DNA from: a virus
DNA length: 64,000 nucleotides
Strand: one strand, 5' to 3'
IMG/VR virus record: IMGVR_UViG_3300033273_000613
Span: 7,689 to 71,688 of that record
Notes under the pieces: generated by a model
The model's input: the letters and a program-made list of their open reading frames with translations, nothing else
Told to the model about the DNA's origin: nothing
Databases searched by the model: none
Part shown: positions 1 to 9,529 of the stretch, piece by piece
Position numbering within the stretch: the first letter of the stretch is position 1
How the letters are laid out: every line of letters starts with the position of its first letter
Position numbers and translations under genes: made by a program

Positions 1-3000
1 AAACCAATCATCTCCTTCATTTAATGATATATTATAAAGATCAATGAAATAATATTGTTGTTCTATACCATTACTAAACTGTAATAGATTTGCAGATACA
101 CCATTTTGTGAACTTACAATTACATAAACTAATCCTGTCTGACAGCTTACTAATTTTCTAGACTTACAGTTTTTGTTATTTTCTTGTTTACACTCATCAC
201 AATCATCATAATGAGTAACGTTATTCCAAATCACATCTATACTATTATCTTGAACTTGTAACGGAGTATCTAGATAATAACACTTGAAGTTGTAAAGGAA
301 TGACTGACCTTGTTGCGGGATATTATCAAACGTATAACCAATATTTAAATCAGTAAATGTACCGTCAGGATCACAACATTGTTTTAATCTCCAGACTTGT
401 GTAAACTTAGTTGGAGTATTACTAACAGTCTGTGTAGGAGTCTGCGTTAGTGTTGGTGTAGGCGTTTGTGTTTGTGTTGGACACGGTACTAGTTCATTAC
501 AACTAGGACAATCTTCAGAAAACTGAGATATACTACTTATTATTTCATCGTATACTGGTCCTCCAACAGAATCAACAAAAGAGACATTTTCAATAGAATA
601 ACAATATTGTCCATCACCAAAATCGTATAGATAGGTTGAATAATCATTGTACGGCCAATTCTCTTCTAATCCGTCAATACCTAATGGACCACACGGAATT
701 ACAACATTAATATTACCAAAGATACCACCTGATTCATCACAACAACTACCAAGTGCCAGTTCCCAAATAGAACATTTATAACCCCCGATCAGTCTAGACG
801 CCTTACAATTTGCAAAATCCCAATTTTCTCTAAATTCGTATTCATCAAGTGAAGTTGGTACTTGTGCTCTAAATTTGAAAGCGCATCCATTAATAATATA
901 AACTCTCCCATTTTCAGATACATCTTGTAATTGATCGGCTGGAATTTTTATTTTTTCAGGAATAGTACCAGTGCAACAGTCAGTCAACTCTATAGTGACT
1001 GGTAATTCTTCAGGTTCAACATCATCACCACAATCACATACTTCGTTATCACATAAAAATGGAATAACATCATCGAAGGTACCAAATGAAGGTGTCTGAC
1101 TAGATAAGTTAGTGTCTAAAAAGTAACAGGTTTCACCAACAACAACACCATCACCTTCTTGAATTTCTATTAATGTGTTTATTTCTACATTAATTGCGGT
1201 TCCACCACAACAAGGTACTGCCGCAACTATTTCATATTCTGGTTCTGGTGGAGGACATGGATCAATTAATTCTGTACATTCATCACAACCATTTTCGAAA
1301 TATACATCAACATAATCATATATACTATTTTCGTTGAGTGCCGTCTGGCTTGGGTTAAATCTCCAACAAGTATCGTCATACTCTACAGCTACAAAATCAG
1401 TTAATAACGACCAATCTTCAGGATAGTTTAATTTTACTGTTTGTTCAAGATCACAACATTTTCTAAAAGTTCCAAGTCTGTAAATAGTTGGTGGTGGAGG
1501 GGTATATCCACATTCTTCATGTTGACCACACTCTGATATACCAAAATTAAATGCGGGATTAAATGCTAGTACTACTACTACCTCTGGTTGAACACCACTA
1601 GGTACTATTGAAGCTTGAATACAAGTATCTTCATCCTTTATATTTACGGTATCAATATTTCCAAGGGTAGGTGGTTGTTGTACTATACCGAATTTGGAGA
1701 CTACCGTTCCAAGAGGTTCTTGGATAAATCCACCACCAGATTGTAGTAGAATGTAGTAATCACCACTATTACATCCTCTAAATGTCGCAACTTCACATAA
1801 ACTATCGATCGTATGTGCCTCATCGATACATTGTGAACAATTGGTATAATCATTAAGGGCAACCTTGAATTGAACATTTGGTACAGGTTGTTCATCGGAT
1901 ATCTCGATTACACTTACACATCTTATATCACCAACAATTACCCCGTTTTCTACACCATCGCAAATCGTATAACTATTAGCATTATCTGGTGGAGCTTGAC
2001 CTGTTGATGGATTTACATAAAAACTAAGGGCTACCCAATATGGGGTTGCAAATGTACCATTAAATTCTGGACAACAAGGTTGAATTTTGTAATACTTGAT
2101 TTCACATAATTGTGAACATTCATCTTCGTTACAAAACTCACATGATGTAAATGAATTAGGATGGAAAATTAATTTATTATTTTCAATGATCCCAACATTT
2201 AATTGTTGTAGGTTTGTAACATTACCCCAATATGATGTTGTAACATCTTTAATACAAACTCCATAAACATCACCACAAGAACTATTATATTCAGGTGTTG
2301 GAATGTTTAAAATTGATTGTAATGTCGACCCAATCGAATGAATTTGTGCAACGTTACCAAAAGGTGGATAATTTTGGAAATACTCTTCATTAGCATTTGT
2401 TATATCTAATACAAATATTTCACCAGTACAACATACCTCTATTAATCTATATTGTAATACTGGTGCCAATTGACACTGAGGTGTCCCGTCATCATTGTAT
2501 TGAATATTATATTCTTCTCCTTGAATAATAGTACTCCAGTTTGGTCCGTATTGATTCGTGATACTAAAAGCAAACTCACATATTGAATCGAATCCTGCAG
2601 GTACCTGTTCAGGTCTATAGTGAATAGGCCAGTAACCGATCGGCCCATTAGAACTTGTTTGATCTACATATAAGTGTTTTGGATCATAAGCAAATGTGTT
2701 CGGTATCGGGGGTGCACCTTGTTCTTCTAAATCGTCTAACCAAGTTAAAATATTATCAAAATCAAAGATGATTGAAGATTCAGTATCTACTGATAAATTA
2801 TTAGAATTTCCATAAAATAAATTAGTATAACTTGGATCGTACTCACCAACAAAACCACCATAAGTCATCAGAGCGTGTTGTATTCCAACATTTTCACCAG
2901 ATTGTATCCATGGTGGTAGTTCAATCCCATAAGTACTACTTATTAATTCCTCAACCTGACTTTGATTTTGAAGTGTTGAATTGATGAAATCTGCACCATA

Positions 3001-6000
3001 TTGAAGAATATAAGGATTCTTCATTAGGAATACCGTATTGACAGGATAATTGATTATAAAGTCATATGATACGTTAACGTACCACCACTCTGGAAAACAT
3101 TCAGATGATCCACCATCATCAATGTCTCTACCTGCAGTTCCTGGACATAAAACCTCTTCATATATTTCAGGACAACAAAATTTGAATCTGACAAGTACCC
3201 TTCTTAATTCCCATGGTTGTAGACAATTACATAAAGGTAAAGGATTAGTTGTACTCTCCAATAATCCAGTACCAAGACAATTATCAGGGAAAGAGAACGG
3301 TTGACTTATACCACCGTAATCAATACCAAATTCTTCTAGATACTGCCAATTCCAAAATCCTGGAGCATCTGGAGTATACTGTAAATAAACAAACTTTGTG
3401 GGATTCAAGTCATCACCACAATTTATTGGAGTATAAGACCCTTGAACTATTTTATAACAATTGATGTCTTGTACAGTATCAGTTTCCGTACTTATGGAGT
3501 ACTCTATATTATCTTGGAAAGGGAAAGGTATATCTACAATGTCGATATCAATATCGGTATATGTATACTGGAAGTCACCATAAGCAACGACTGTCGCACC
3601 ACTTAAGAAGTCTATTTCATTTTCGAATAATAAATAAGAATATTGACCGGGTTGTTGATTGAAAAATGTATTAAAATTATTGTATAACTGAAGTGGACTT
3701 AAATCTTGGTTTTGTGCAAGTAACCCATATGCTTGTTCAGGTGTTACATAGACAAAAACATTTTCTATTATATTGTTATCTTCACTACAACAAGACTGTA
3801 AATTTACTTGATAAGTTAAAAGTGGGTATTGATAACATTCGGGATTACTGTTCGGTGTTATACATACTCTAGCTAAGAAATCTTCGTAATTATTTTCACC
3901 AAAGTCCGTGGTATTACCCACAATAATACCTGAAACATATAATTGTGTTGGTGTTGGATCACTAGGTGATGAACCCATCCAAAAGGCTTCCTGTTCCCAA
4001 ATATCAATCTGTGCTTCAGTGACTGAATTGATTAATCTGATAGTCTGGAACCCATTTTGTATTATAGTTGATAAGAAATCATAGTTGTCATTTCCATTCA
4101 AATCATATCTGTTAATCCTAATCCCCATAGGAGATTCTAATTCACCTGTAAATGAAAGAACTGCATTATCACTCAAAAATACACCAACTTTACCTGGTTG
4201 GGTATCTGTAAAATCTCCACCCCATACTACTTCGTAATCAAAACATTGAACATCACTTTGAGGTGACGGGCAAATGTTTTGTTGAGTTTCTTGTACAACA
4301 TTTCCTGTTTGATATAATAACTTATAAAGTACATCATATATATTGGCTATTCTGACAAACGGAAGACTTTCTAATTCCCATGGGTAAAAATACTGGGTTG
4401 TTGCATATGGTCGACCAGTTATACAACAAGAAATCCCTGCGAAATTATCATCATTTTGAGTACCAAAATCTAAAATTTCAGTGTTAAATACACCAAAATA
4501 ATTAGAATATACATTTGGAGTTGCAGGTGTTGCCGAATTAATATTAGGACAATCTTGAATTGTTAATACTTCTTGATTAAAAATATTTATTAATTGGAAT
4601 CCCTCTAGTGTTTCGCCTCTAGCAGTTTCATCATCAATACCATCTTTAGTGTACTGATACACTGGTGTAATTCTATTAAAACCTAAACCTACTTGAATTA
4701 CAGGTATTTTAGATCCGTTATACGTTGGATCACCATATGCACATGATTTTCTATATGTCCTTTTATCACTGTAAGATGTTGGGGTATCACTAGGATCTAC
4801 ACCACAACCATAATTACCACTCGGTGGTTCACCCATAACAACTTTAGGTAAATCAGCCCTGTGGATTGGAATAGATCTTACACATGTGTAACCAGAATAA
4901 TTTTCAGTCCAGGCACCACCATCTTCAACAGCAATGGGGCCAGTTCTATATTTAAAACTCTTATAGTTACCAACAACATCTCGTGTTGCACCTGGTTCTA
5001 GGTAAATAAAATCAGTAAACCCATTTGGACCATCATCATCTGTCCAATAAACTTGTAAACCAGCAACGTGCTCCCAATACAAGAAGGTTTCATTAAAGAA
5101 GTTTCCATTTGGTGAAGGCTCATTCGAACCCGGAGTAGGATATCCACTCCAAGTCGCATCACCGGGTACTGTAAAATCTAAAACAAGCGGTTGACCTAAA
5201 GTGTTATTATAATACTCACTCCATCCATTACCTGTTTGGGTATTATCGAAATCCCAGTTAAGTGGGGTTGGTCCATAAACATTAATTAATATTTGATCAT
5301 TACAACTACAATCATTCGAAAAATCAAAAAATGGTTCAGCACAATCTTGATACGTTTTCGCCCTGTGCGGGAATACCGAACCTAAACCAAACTTAGATCC
5401 GTTAGATCTAGTATTAACCTCTCCTTTAAGACCCTGGTACTCCCAGATACCTGGATTATAGGCCTTTGAGTGAGGTGTAAGAACTGATCCAAAATTTTCG
5501 TCTAGTAAAACACCAAAAGGAACTCCATCTGGTGTACCATCAGCAGGTCCAAAATTGTATTCATAAAGTGGACCTCTAGCACCTGTTCCCTCATAATTTG
5601 TATAGTACTCCCATAAATTATCACAATACCCATAGTCATTACCATTTGGTCTCGGTAATTTGTCAAATCCATCAACGTTGTTGTATGCACATGCAGGTAT
5701 AGATAATTTATAAGTTGTTGGTTTTCTATCACCAGACCCTAACCAACCATTTACAAGTGCATAATTGTTTTGAATTGTCCAACCAAAGTTATTACCATTG
5801 AAGTCAAAATCATTAAATTGCTGTATTACCTCACCATTTTCGTTCAGGTTTGGTCTTCTATCTGAACCTCTACCTCTTTCATTCCAAATATCCGACCATA
5901 TATGATAAAAGTTTCCTGAGTTACATCCTTGGAAATACTCGTAGATACACTCACCTCCAAACCAAGGAGCTTCTTGTCCAGTGTCACCTAAAGGTAACTT

Positions 6001-9000
6001 ACTTAACGTATCGTCACAATTTTCACCTGTAGTTAATATATTAAAATGAAGTGGTGAATCTATGAAAAATGTAGAAATATTTGTAACTTCAACCAATCTC
6101 CAAAGACCACTGAAGTCAGATCCGTAGGAGACACCATCCTGTGTTATTTGCGCTTCACTTGAAAAATATCCACCCTCATTCTGTATTTGTTCGATTTGTT
6201 CCGCAGTTGCAAACCTATAAGTTTGTAACTTACCTTCACAGTTATATGAATCTCTATCAAAACCAAAATAATTACCTTCTGGTCCATACATGGAATCGGG
6301 ATCACATTGACAACAATGTTCTACAACTATGACTGTTCTTTCTTCTCCACCAGCCGTCGTTAAACTTAAACATGCGTTTGATATTCCATCACCACACGGT
6401 TCAATATAACAATTCCCGTAGTAGTTATTGACTGGGAGTACACAAGTATTACTTCCACATAATTGTTCAAATATAATATCGTAAACTTGTTCAAATTTAA
6501 ACTCTGGACCATCATTTATTATGATATTTTGAATTTGATTTTCTTCAAATTCATCAACAAAATAAGTGAAACAACCTTCAAATTCTTCGGGAGTCAATGA
6601 ATCTGAATCATCTGTCAGATCTATACTAGTAGAGAAAAATTGACAAGTACGTCCAAATAGATCCCATCCACCACCATTACTAATATCACTAGAAGGCATT
6701 TCATATTGAAAATCAGTAAATGCTAGGTTACTTGCCCAATATGGACCATTAGGTTTATAATCAATATCTTTGATTACTATGTATTGATCATTTGTCGAAG
6801 TAGAATATCCATTTACTTTGAACCTGAAAAGTCTGCCAGTCACACAAGATCTCCACACATTAAATCCTCTACATCTCGGACTTGTGAAATTTTCGTCATA
6901 ATCAACAAAAGGATTTTGATCATATGGATTTTCAATAATTGGATATTCAACATTCGTAGTCTGATAAGGATCAATTGTTGTTGCCTCTAAAACAGTTTCG
7001 TATAAACCGTAAAATCTGGATCCATTAAGGGTCCCAAATGGTGCACCAAATGTACCTACCCAAAATGACGATGTTCCATATGGTCCGTAGTATAATGGAC
7101 ATTCAATAGCATTCCAGGCTGATTGGTTATTTAAACCTTCATCAACATAAGTCGCATTTATATAATTCGCACTTACTACGTCTAATATCTCTACAGGTAT
7201 ACCGTCAACTCGGGTATACTTACATGTTAGATCACCACTACCATCATTTAACCCATTAATTTGTAAAACTTCTTCTAAAGATAAAGTTTCACCCCAACTC
7301 AAAACTTTAACAAGTAACTCAGTATCTTTCGGTACTATTTGATCATCTTCTATTTCACCAGACCCACTGTATGTATTAACATCACATAAAAGTCTTACTT
7401 TAACATATGGCTCATTCGGTTCAACATCTGGACAACTATAGACAGGTGGTTGTGAGAAATATTGAATCGGTGTACATCCTCCTCCAGCACAGTAATTATA
7501 TACACTATTTCCATCAGCATCTTCTTCCCAATCACCAGTAAAATTCCATTCACCAACTTCGTACACATTATAATACTCATAAGCGACACCGTTGTAGAAT
7601 GCTTGAACTAAATTTGGTTCAATAGGAAAATCAAATTCTTGTTCATTCCATATTACTGTCATCTCATCTGAAGGTAGATACAAAGTTTGAGGAACTATGT
7701 ACGGTATATATCGTAATTCATATTCTACTCCATTGATTTCAAAGTCATTATATCCAGGATTTAATCCAGACTCAGTGTAAGGTAATCCCTCTTGATCTTT
7801 TACCGCTAAGTCAGTACCCCCAGCGGGGATTGCTGCTGTTACAAAACCACCACCATTAATTAGACCATCAAAACTGGTATCATAATATGTTTTTAACCAG
7901 TGATCAAGTGTCCAATTAGAAGCTGCATTCTCGTTATAATAGGACTGTAATGGATATACATCTGAAAAGGCTTGATATAAAACTTGTGATCCCTCACCTA
8001 CAGCGTCCCTAACCTCAAAAAACCAGTGTAATTTATAACATCTATTAAAATATGTTAATGTATCTGGTTGATTCATAAACCCAACTTGGTAGGTATAATC
8101 ATACTTATAATTAATCAACCTATTCCAAGATAAAGCACTAAATGCACCTGCTAAGTGATCAGGATTTACAAATGGTGGTTCATTACCTTCACTAACTGGT
8201 CCATCCCAGTCAAGCCAATCAAGGTAGTTATTACTATAAGGAAACCATCCAAGATTTGGAGAATTAGGTAGAGGATTCGATGAATTATAAAAACCTGTTA
8301 TATCACCGATTGGATCACCCAAAAAGTTCCATATGACTTTGGGTTTTGTATTATCATTTTGGACATGACAGAAAAAAGGTAATTGTCCAGAAAGATTAGG
8401 ATCATACTCACCAAACGGATTAGTATAAAAACTATTACATGGACCTAAAATATTATTCTCTATACCACCAGGTTGAGAGTTACTACAATCAGTGAGAATC
8501 GCATAACCTCTATAGAATTTGTCGTGCCATTGCCAATCAGTTAAATCGTAATCATTCAACATTTTTTGATTACGAGCAATTCCTAAAGGAGGATATTGGG
8601 TTTTACAATTATTGTTTTTAGGATTTGTGAAATCTTCTTCATAAGTCCTACAACCAGATCCTTGTATTAAAGAGGGTTTGTCGTCTGATATAACACCTGG
8701 TAGATCAAGATAATCTGTTTTTTCACTAGATGGTGAATAACCAAGTGATGTAAATGCAAACTTATCATAATCTGTTGGTAGTGAGATACCTAATGGATTA
8801 TCTTTATTTTCTGTATACTCTGGTATCTCACCGTTGATATCAGTGATAGTATAACAAGTACTAATTTCAACCTCTTCACCAGTTATCGAATCCCTCGTTG
8901 TTTCTCTGACGATCCATTTATTACCCCAGTAAAATCTAGGATGAATCGTATATTCCCCGTTTTCTTTTTCTACATAATCAAAGTTGAAATCAAATTCATT

Positions 9001-9477
9001 GAATTGATCAAAACCATAGAAATTAAAACTTGTCTGATTATCCTCAACATAAGTCCACTTTTGTTTACCCTCAGCATTCCACATTGGAGGTAAACTCGGG
9101 TGAGGTGCACCAAAAATAAACTCTTCCTCTGAACCTATAGGGTAAAACTTATAGGTTGGGTCATCACCTTCACCCCAAAAACAGTTTCTTAACTTTACAC
9201 CGTAGTCATATTTTTCCGATGTAATATTTTTCTCCGAAGTTTCAGGTATATCTTCAACCCCATTAAGTACAATACAAGTCTGACAATCCGCATATACCGG
9301 AATATTAGTGACACTCAATTGGGCTGTGTCTGATTCCTCATCAACAACCCAACATTTTTCATTATAAAAAAAGTATTTACCAACTTCAATGTCAAAAGCA
9401 AACTCAAAGTTAGCAGTACCTCCCGTGACTACACAATTTGAATTTACAATTGAACATTTCCGTCTATAAAGTGCCAT
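1..9477 (-). CDS. Giant Cys-rich modular putative virion/fibre protein, >3159 aa, 3' end outside the window
   Basis: ATG at 9477 translates MALYRRKCSIVNSNCVVTGGTANFEFAFDIEVGKYFFYNEKCWVVDEE...YADCQTC. The same frame is open in every line I spot-checked down to position 1 (...ISLNEGDDWF). It contains the neighbours' Cys module and linkers, e.g. [28 protein letters not shown] near 420-520. It is absent from the ORF track, consistent with having no stop codon in the window. Confidence 0.88.
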   Translation of the reverse strand, partial: MALYRRKCSIVNSNCVVTGGTANFEFAFDIEVGKYFFYNEKCWVVDEESDTAQLSVTNIPVYADCQTCIVLNGVEDIPETSEKNITSEKYDYGVKLRNCFWGEGDDPTYKFYPIGSEEEFIFGAPHPSLPPMWNAEGKQKWTYVEDNQTSFNFYGFDQFNEFDFNFDYVEKENGEYTIHPRFYWGNKWIVRETTRDSITGEEVEISTCYTITDINGEIPEYTENKDNPLGISLPTDYDKFAFTSLGYSPSSEKTDYLDLPGVISDDKPSLIQGSGCRTYEEDFTNPKNNNCKTQYPPLGIARNQKMLNDYDLTDWQWHDKFYRGYAILTDCSNSQPGGIENNILGPCNSFYTNPFGEYDPNLSGQLPFFCHVQNDNTKPKVIWNFLGDPIGDITGFYNSSNPLPNSPNLGWFPYSNNYLDWLDWDGPVSEGNEPPFVNPDHLAGAFSALSWNRLINYKYDYTYQVGFMNQPDTLTYFNRCYKLHWFFEVRDAVGEGSQVLYQAFSDVYPLQSYYNENAASNWTLDHWLKTYYDTSFDGLINGGGFVTAAIPAGGTDLAVKDQEGLPYTESGLNPGYNDFEINGVEYELRYIPYIVPQTLYLPSDEMTVIWNEQEFDFPIEPNLVQAFYNGVAYEYYNVYEVGEWNFTGDWEEDADGNSVYNYCAGGGCTPIQYFSQPPVYSCPDVEPNEPYVKVRLLCDVNTYSGSGEIEDDQIVPKDTELLVKVLSWGETLSLEEVLQINGLNDGSGDLTCKYTRVDGIPVEILDVVSANYINATYVDEGLNNQSAWNAIECPLYYGPYGTSSFWVGTFGAPFGTLNGSRFYGLYETVLEATTIDPYQTTNVEYPIIENPYDQNPFVDYDENFTSPRCRGFNVWRSCVTGRLFRFKVNGYSTSTNDQYIVIKDIDYKPNGPYWASNLAFTDFQYEMPSSDISNGGGWDLFGRTCQFFSTSIDLTDDSDSLTPEEFEGCFTYFVDEFEENQIQNIIINDGPEFKFEQVYDIIFEQLCGSNTCVLPVNNYYGNCYIEPCGDGISNACLSLTTAGGEERTVIVVEHCCQCDPDSMYGPEGNYFGFDRDSYNCEGKLQTYRFATAEQIEQIQNEGGYFSSEAQITQDGVSYGSDFSGLWRLVEVTNISTFFIDSPLHFNILTTGENCDDTLSKLPLGDTGQEAPWFGGECIYEYFQGCNSGNFYHIWSDIWNERGRGSDRRPNLNENGEVIQQFNDFDFNGNNFGWTIQNNYALVNGWLGSGDRKPTTYKLSIPACAYNNVDGFDKLPRPNGNDYGYCDNLWEYYTNYEGTGARGPLYEYNFGPADGTPDGVPFGVLLDENFGSVLTPHSKAYNPGIWEYQGLKGEVNTRSNGSKFGLGSVFPHRAKTYQDCAEPFFDFSNDCSCNDQILINVYGPTPLNWDFDNTQTGNGWSEYYNNTLGQPLVLDFTVPGDATWSGYPTPGSNEPSPNGNFFNETFLYWEHVAGLQVYWTDDDGPNGFTDFIYLEPGATRDVVGNYKSFKYRTGPIAVEDGGAWTENYSGYTCVRSIPIHRADLPKVVMGEPPSGNYGCGVDPSDTPTSYSDKRTYRKSCAYGDPTYNGSKIPVIQVGLGFNRITPVYQYTKDGIDDETARGETLEGFQLINIFNQEVLTIQDCPNINSATPATPNVYSNYFGVFNTEILDFGTQNDDNFAGISCCITGRPYATTQYFYPWELESLPFVRIANIYDVLYKLLYQTGNVVQETQQNICPSPQSDVQCFDYEVVWGGDFTDTQPGKVGVFLSDNAVLSFTGELESPMGIRINRYDLNGNDNYDFLSTIIQNGFQTIRLINSVTEAQIDIWEQEAFWMGSSPSDPTPTQLYVSGIIVGNTTDFGENNYEDFLARVCITPNSNPECYQYPLLTYQVNLQSCCSEDNNIIENVFVYVTPEQAYGLLAQNQDLSPLQLYNNFNTFFNQQPGQYSYLLFENEIDFLSGATVVAYGDFQYTYTDIDIDIVDIPFPFQDNIEYSISTETDTVQDINCYKIVQGSYTPINCGDDLNPTKFVYLQYTPDAPGFWNWQYLEEFGIDYGGISQPFSFPDNCLGTGLLESTTNPLPLCNCLQPWELRRVLVRFKFCCPEIYEEVLCPGTAGRDIDDGGSSECFPEWWYVNVSYDFIINYPVNTVFLMKNPYILQYGADFINSTLQNQSQVEELISSTYGIELPPWIQSGENVGIQHALMTYGGFVGEYDPSYTNLFYGNSNNLSVDTESSIIFDFDNILTWLDDLEEQGAPPIPNTFAYDPKHLYVDQTSSNGPIGYWPIHYRPEQVPAGFDSICEFAFSITNQYGPNWSTIIQGEEYNIQYNDDGTPQCQLAPVLQYRLIEVCCTGEIFVLDITNANEEYFQNYPPFGNVAQIHSIGSTLQSILNIPTPEYNSSCGDVYGVCIKDVTTSYWGNVTNLQQLNVGIIENNKLIFHPNSFTSCEFCNEDECSQLCEIKYYKIQPCCPEFNGTFATPYWVALSFYVNPSTGQAPPDNANSYTICDGVENGVIVGDIRCVSVIEISDEQPVPNVQFKVALNDYTNCSQCIDEAHTIDSLCEVATFRGCNSGDYYILLQSGGGFIQEPLGTVVSKFGIVQQPPTLGNIDTVNIKDEDTCIQASIVPSGVQPEVVVVLAFNPAFNFGISECGQHEECGYTPPPPTIYRLGTFRKCCDLEQTVKLNYPEDWSLLTDFVAVEYDDTCWRFNPSQTALNENSIYDYVDVYFENGCDECTELIDPCPPPEPEYEIVAAVPCCGGTAINVEINTLIEIQEGDGVVVGETCYFLDTNLSSQTPSFGTFDDVIPFLCDNEVCDCGDDVEPEELPVTIELTDCCTGTIPEKIKIPADQLQDVSENGRVYIINGCAFKFRAQVPTSLDEYEFRENWDFANCKASRLIGGYKCSIWELALGSCCDESGGIFGNINVVIPCGPLGIDGLEENWPYNDYSTYLYDFGDGQYCYSIENVSFVDSVGGPVYDEIISSISQFSEDCPSCNELVPCPTQTQTPTPTLTQTPTQTVSNTPTKFTQVWRLKQCCDPDGTFTDLNIGYTFDNIPQQGQSFLYNFKCYYLDTPLQVQDNSIDVIWNNVTHYDDCDECKQENNKNCKSRKLVSCQTGLVYVIVSSQNGVSANLLQFSNGIEQQYYFIDLYNISLNEGDDWF

Positions 9478-9494
9478 AACTAAAGTCGATTACA

Positions 9495-9502
9495 TATAAA
9501 TA
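9495..9502 (-). promoter_or_regulatory. TATTTATA motif, candidate late promoter
   Basis: Intergenic, 17 nt upstream of the ATG at 9477; the same motif precedes other structural genes. Confidence 0.45.
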
Positions 9503-9529
9503 ACCAACAATCCAATTTTTATAAAAAAT

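Noticed and set aside
1701-7589. Short 60-84 aa ORFs in the first 8 kb, initially suggesting a decayed or non-coding region
   Set aside because: All lie within the long open minus-strand frame 1..9477.
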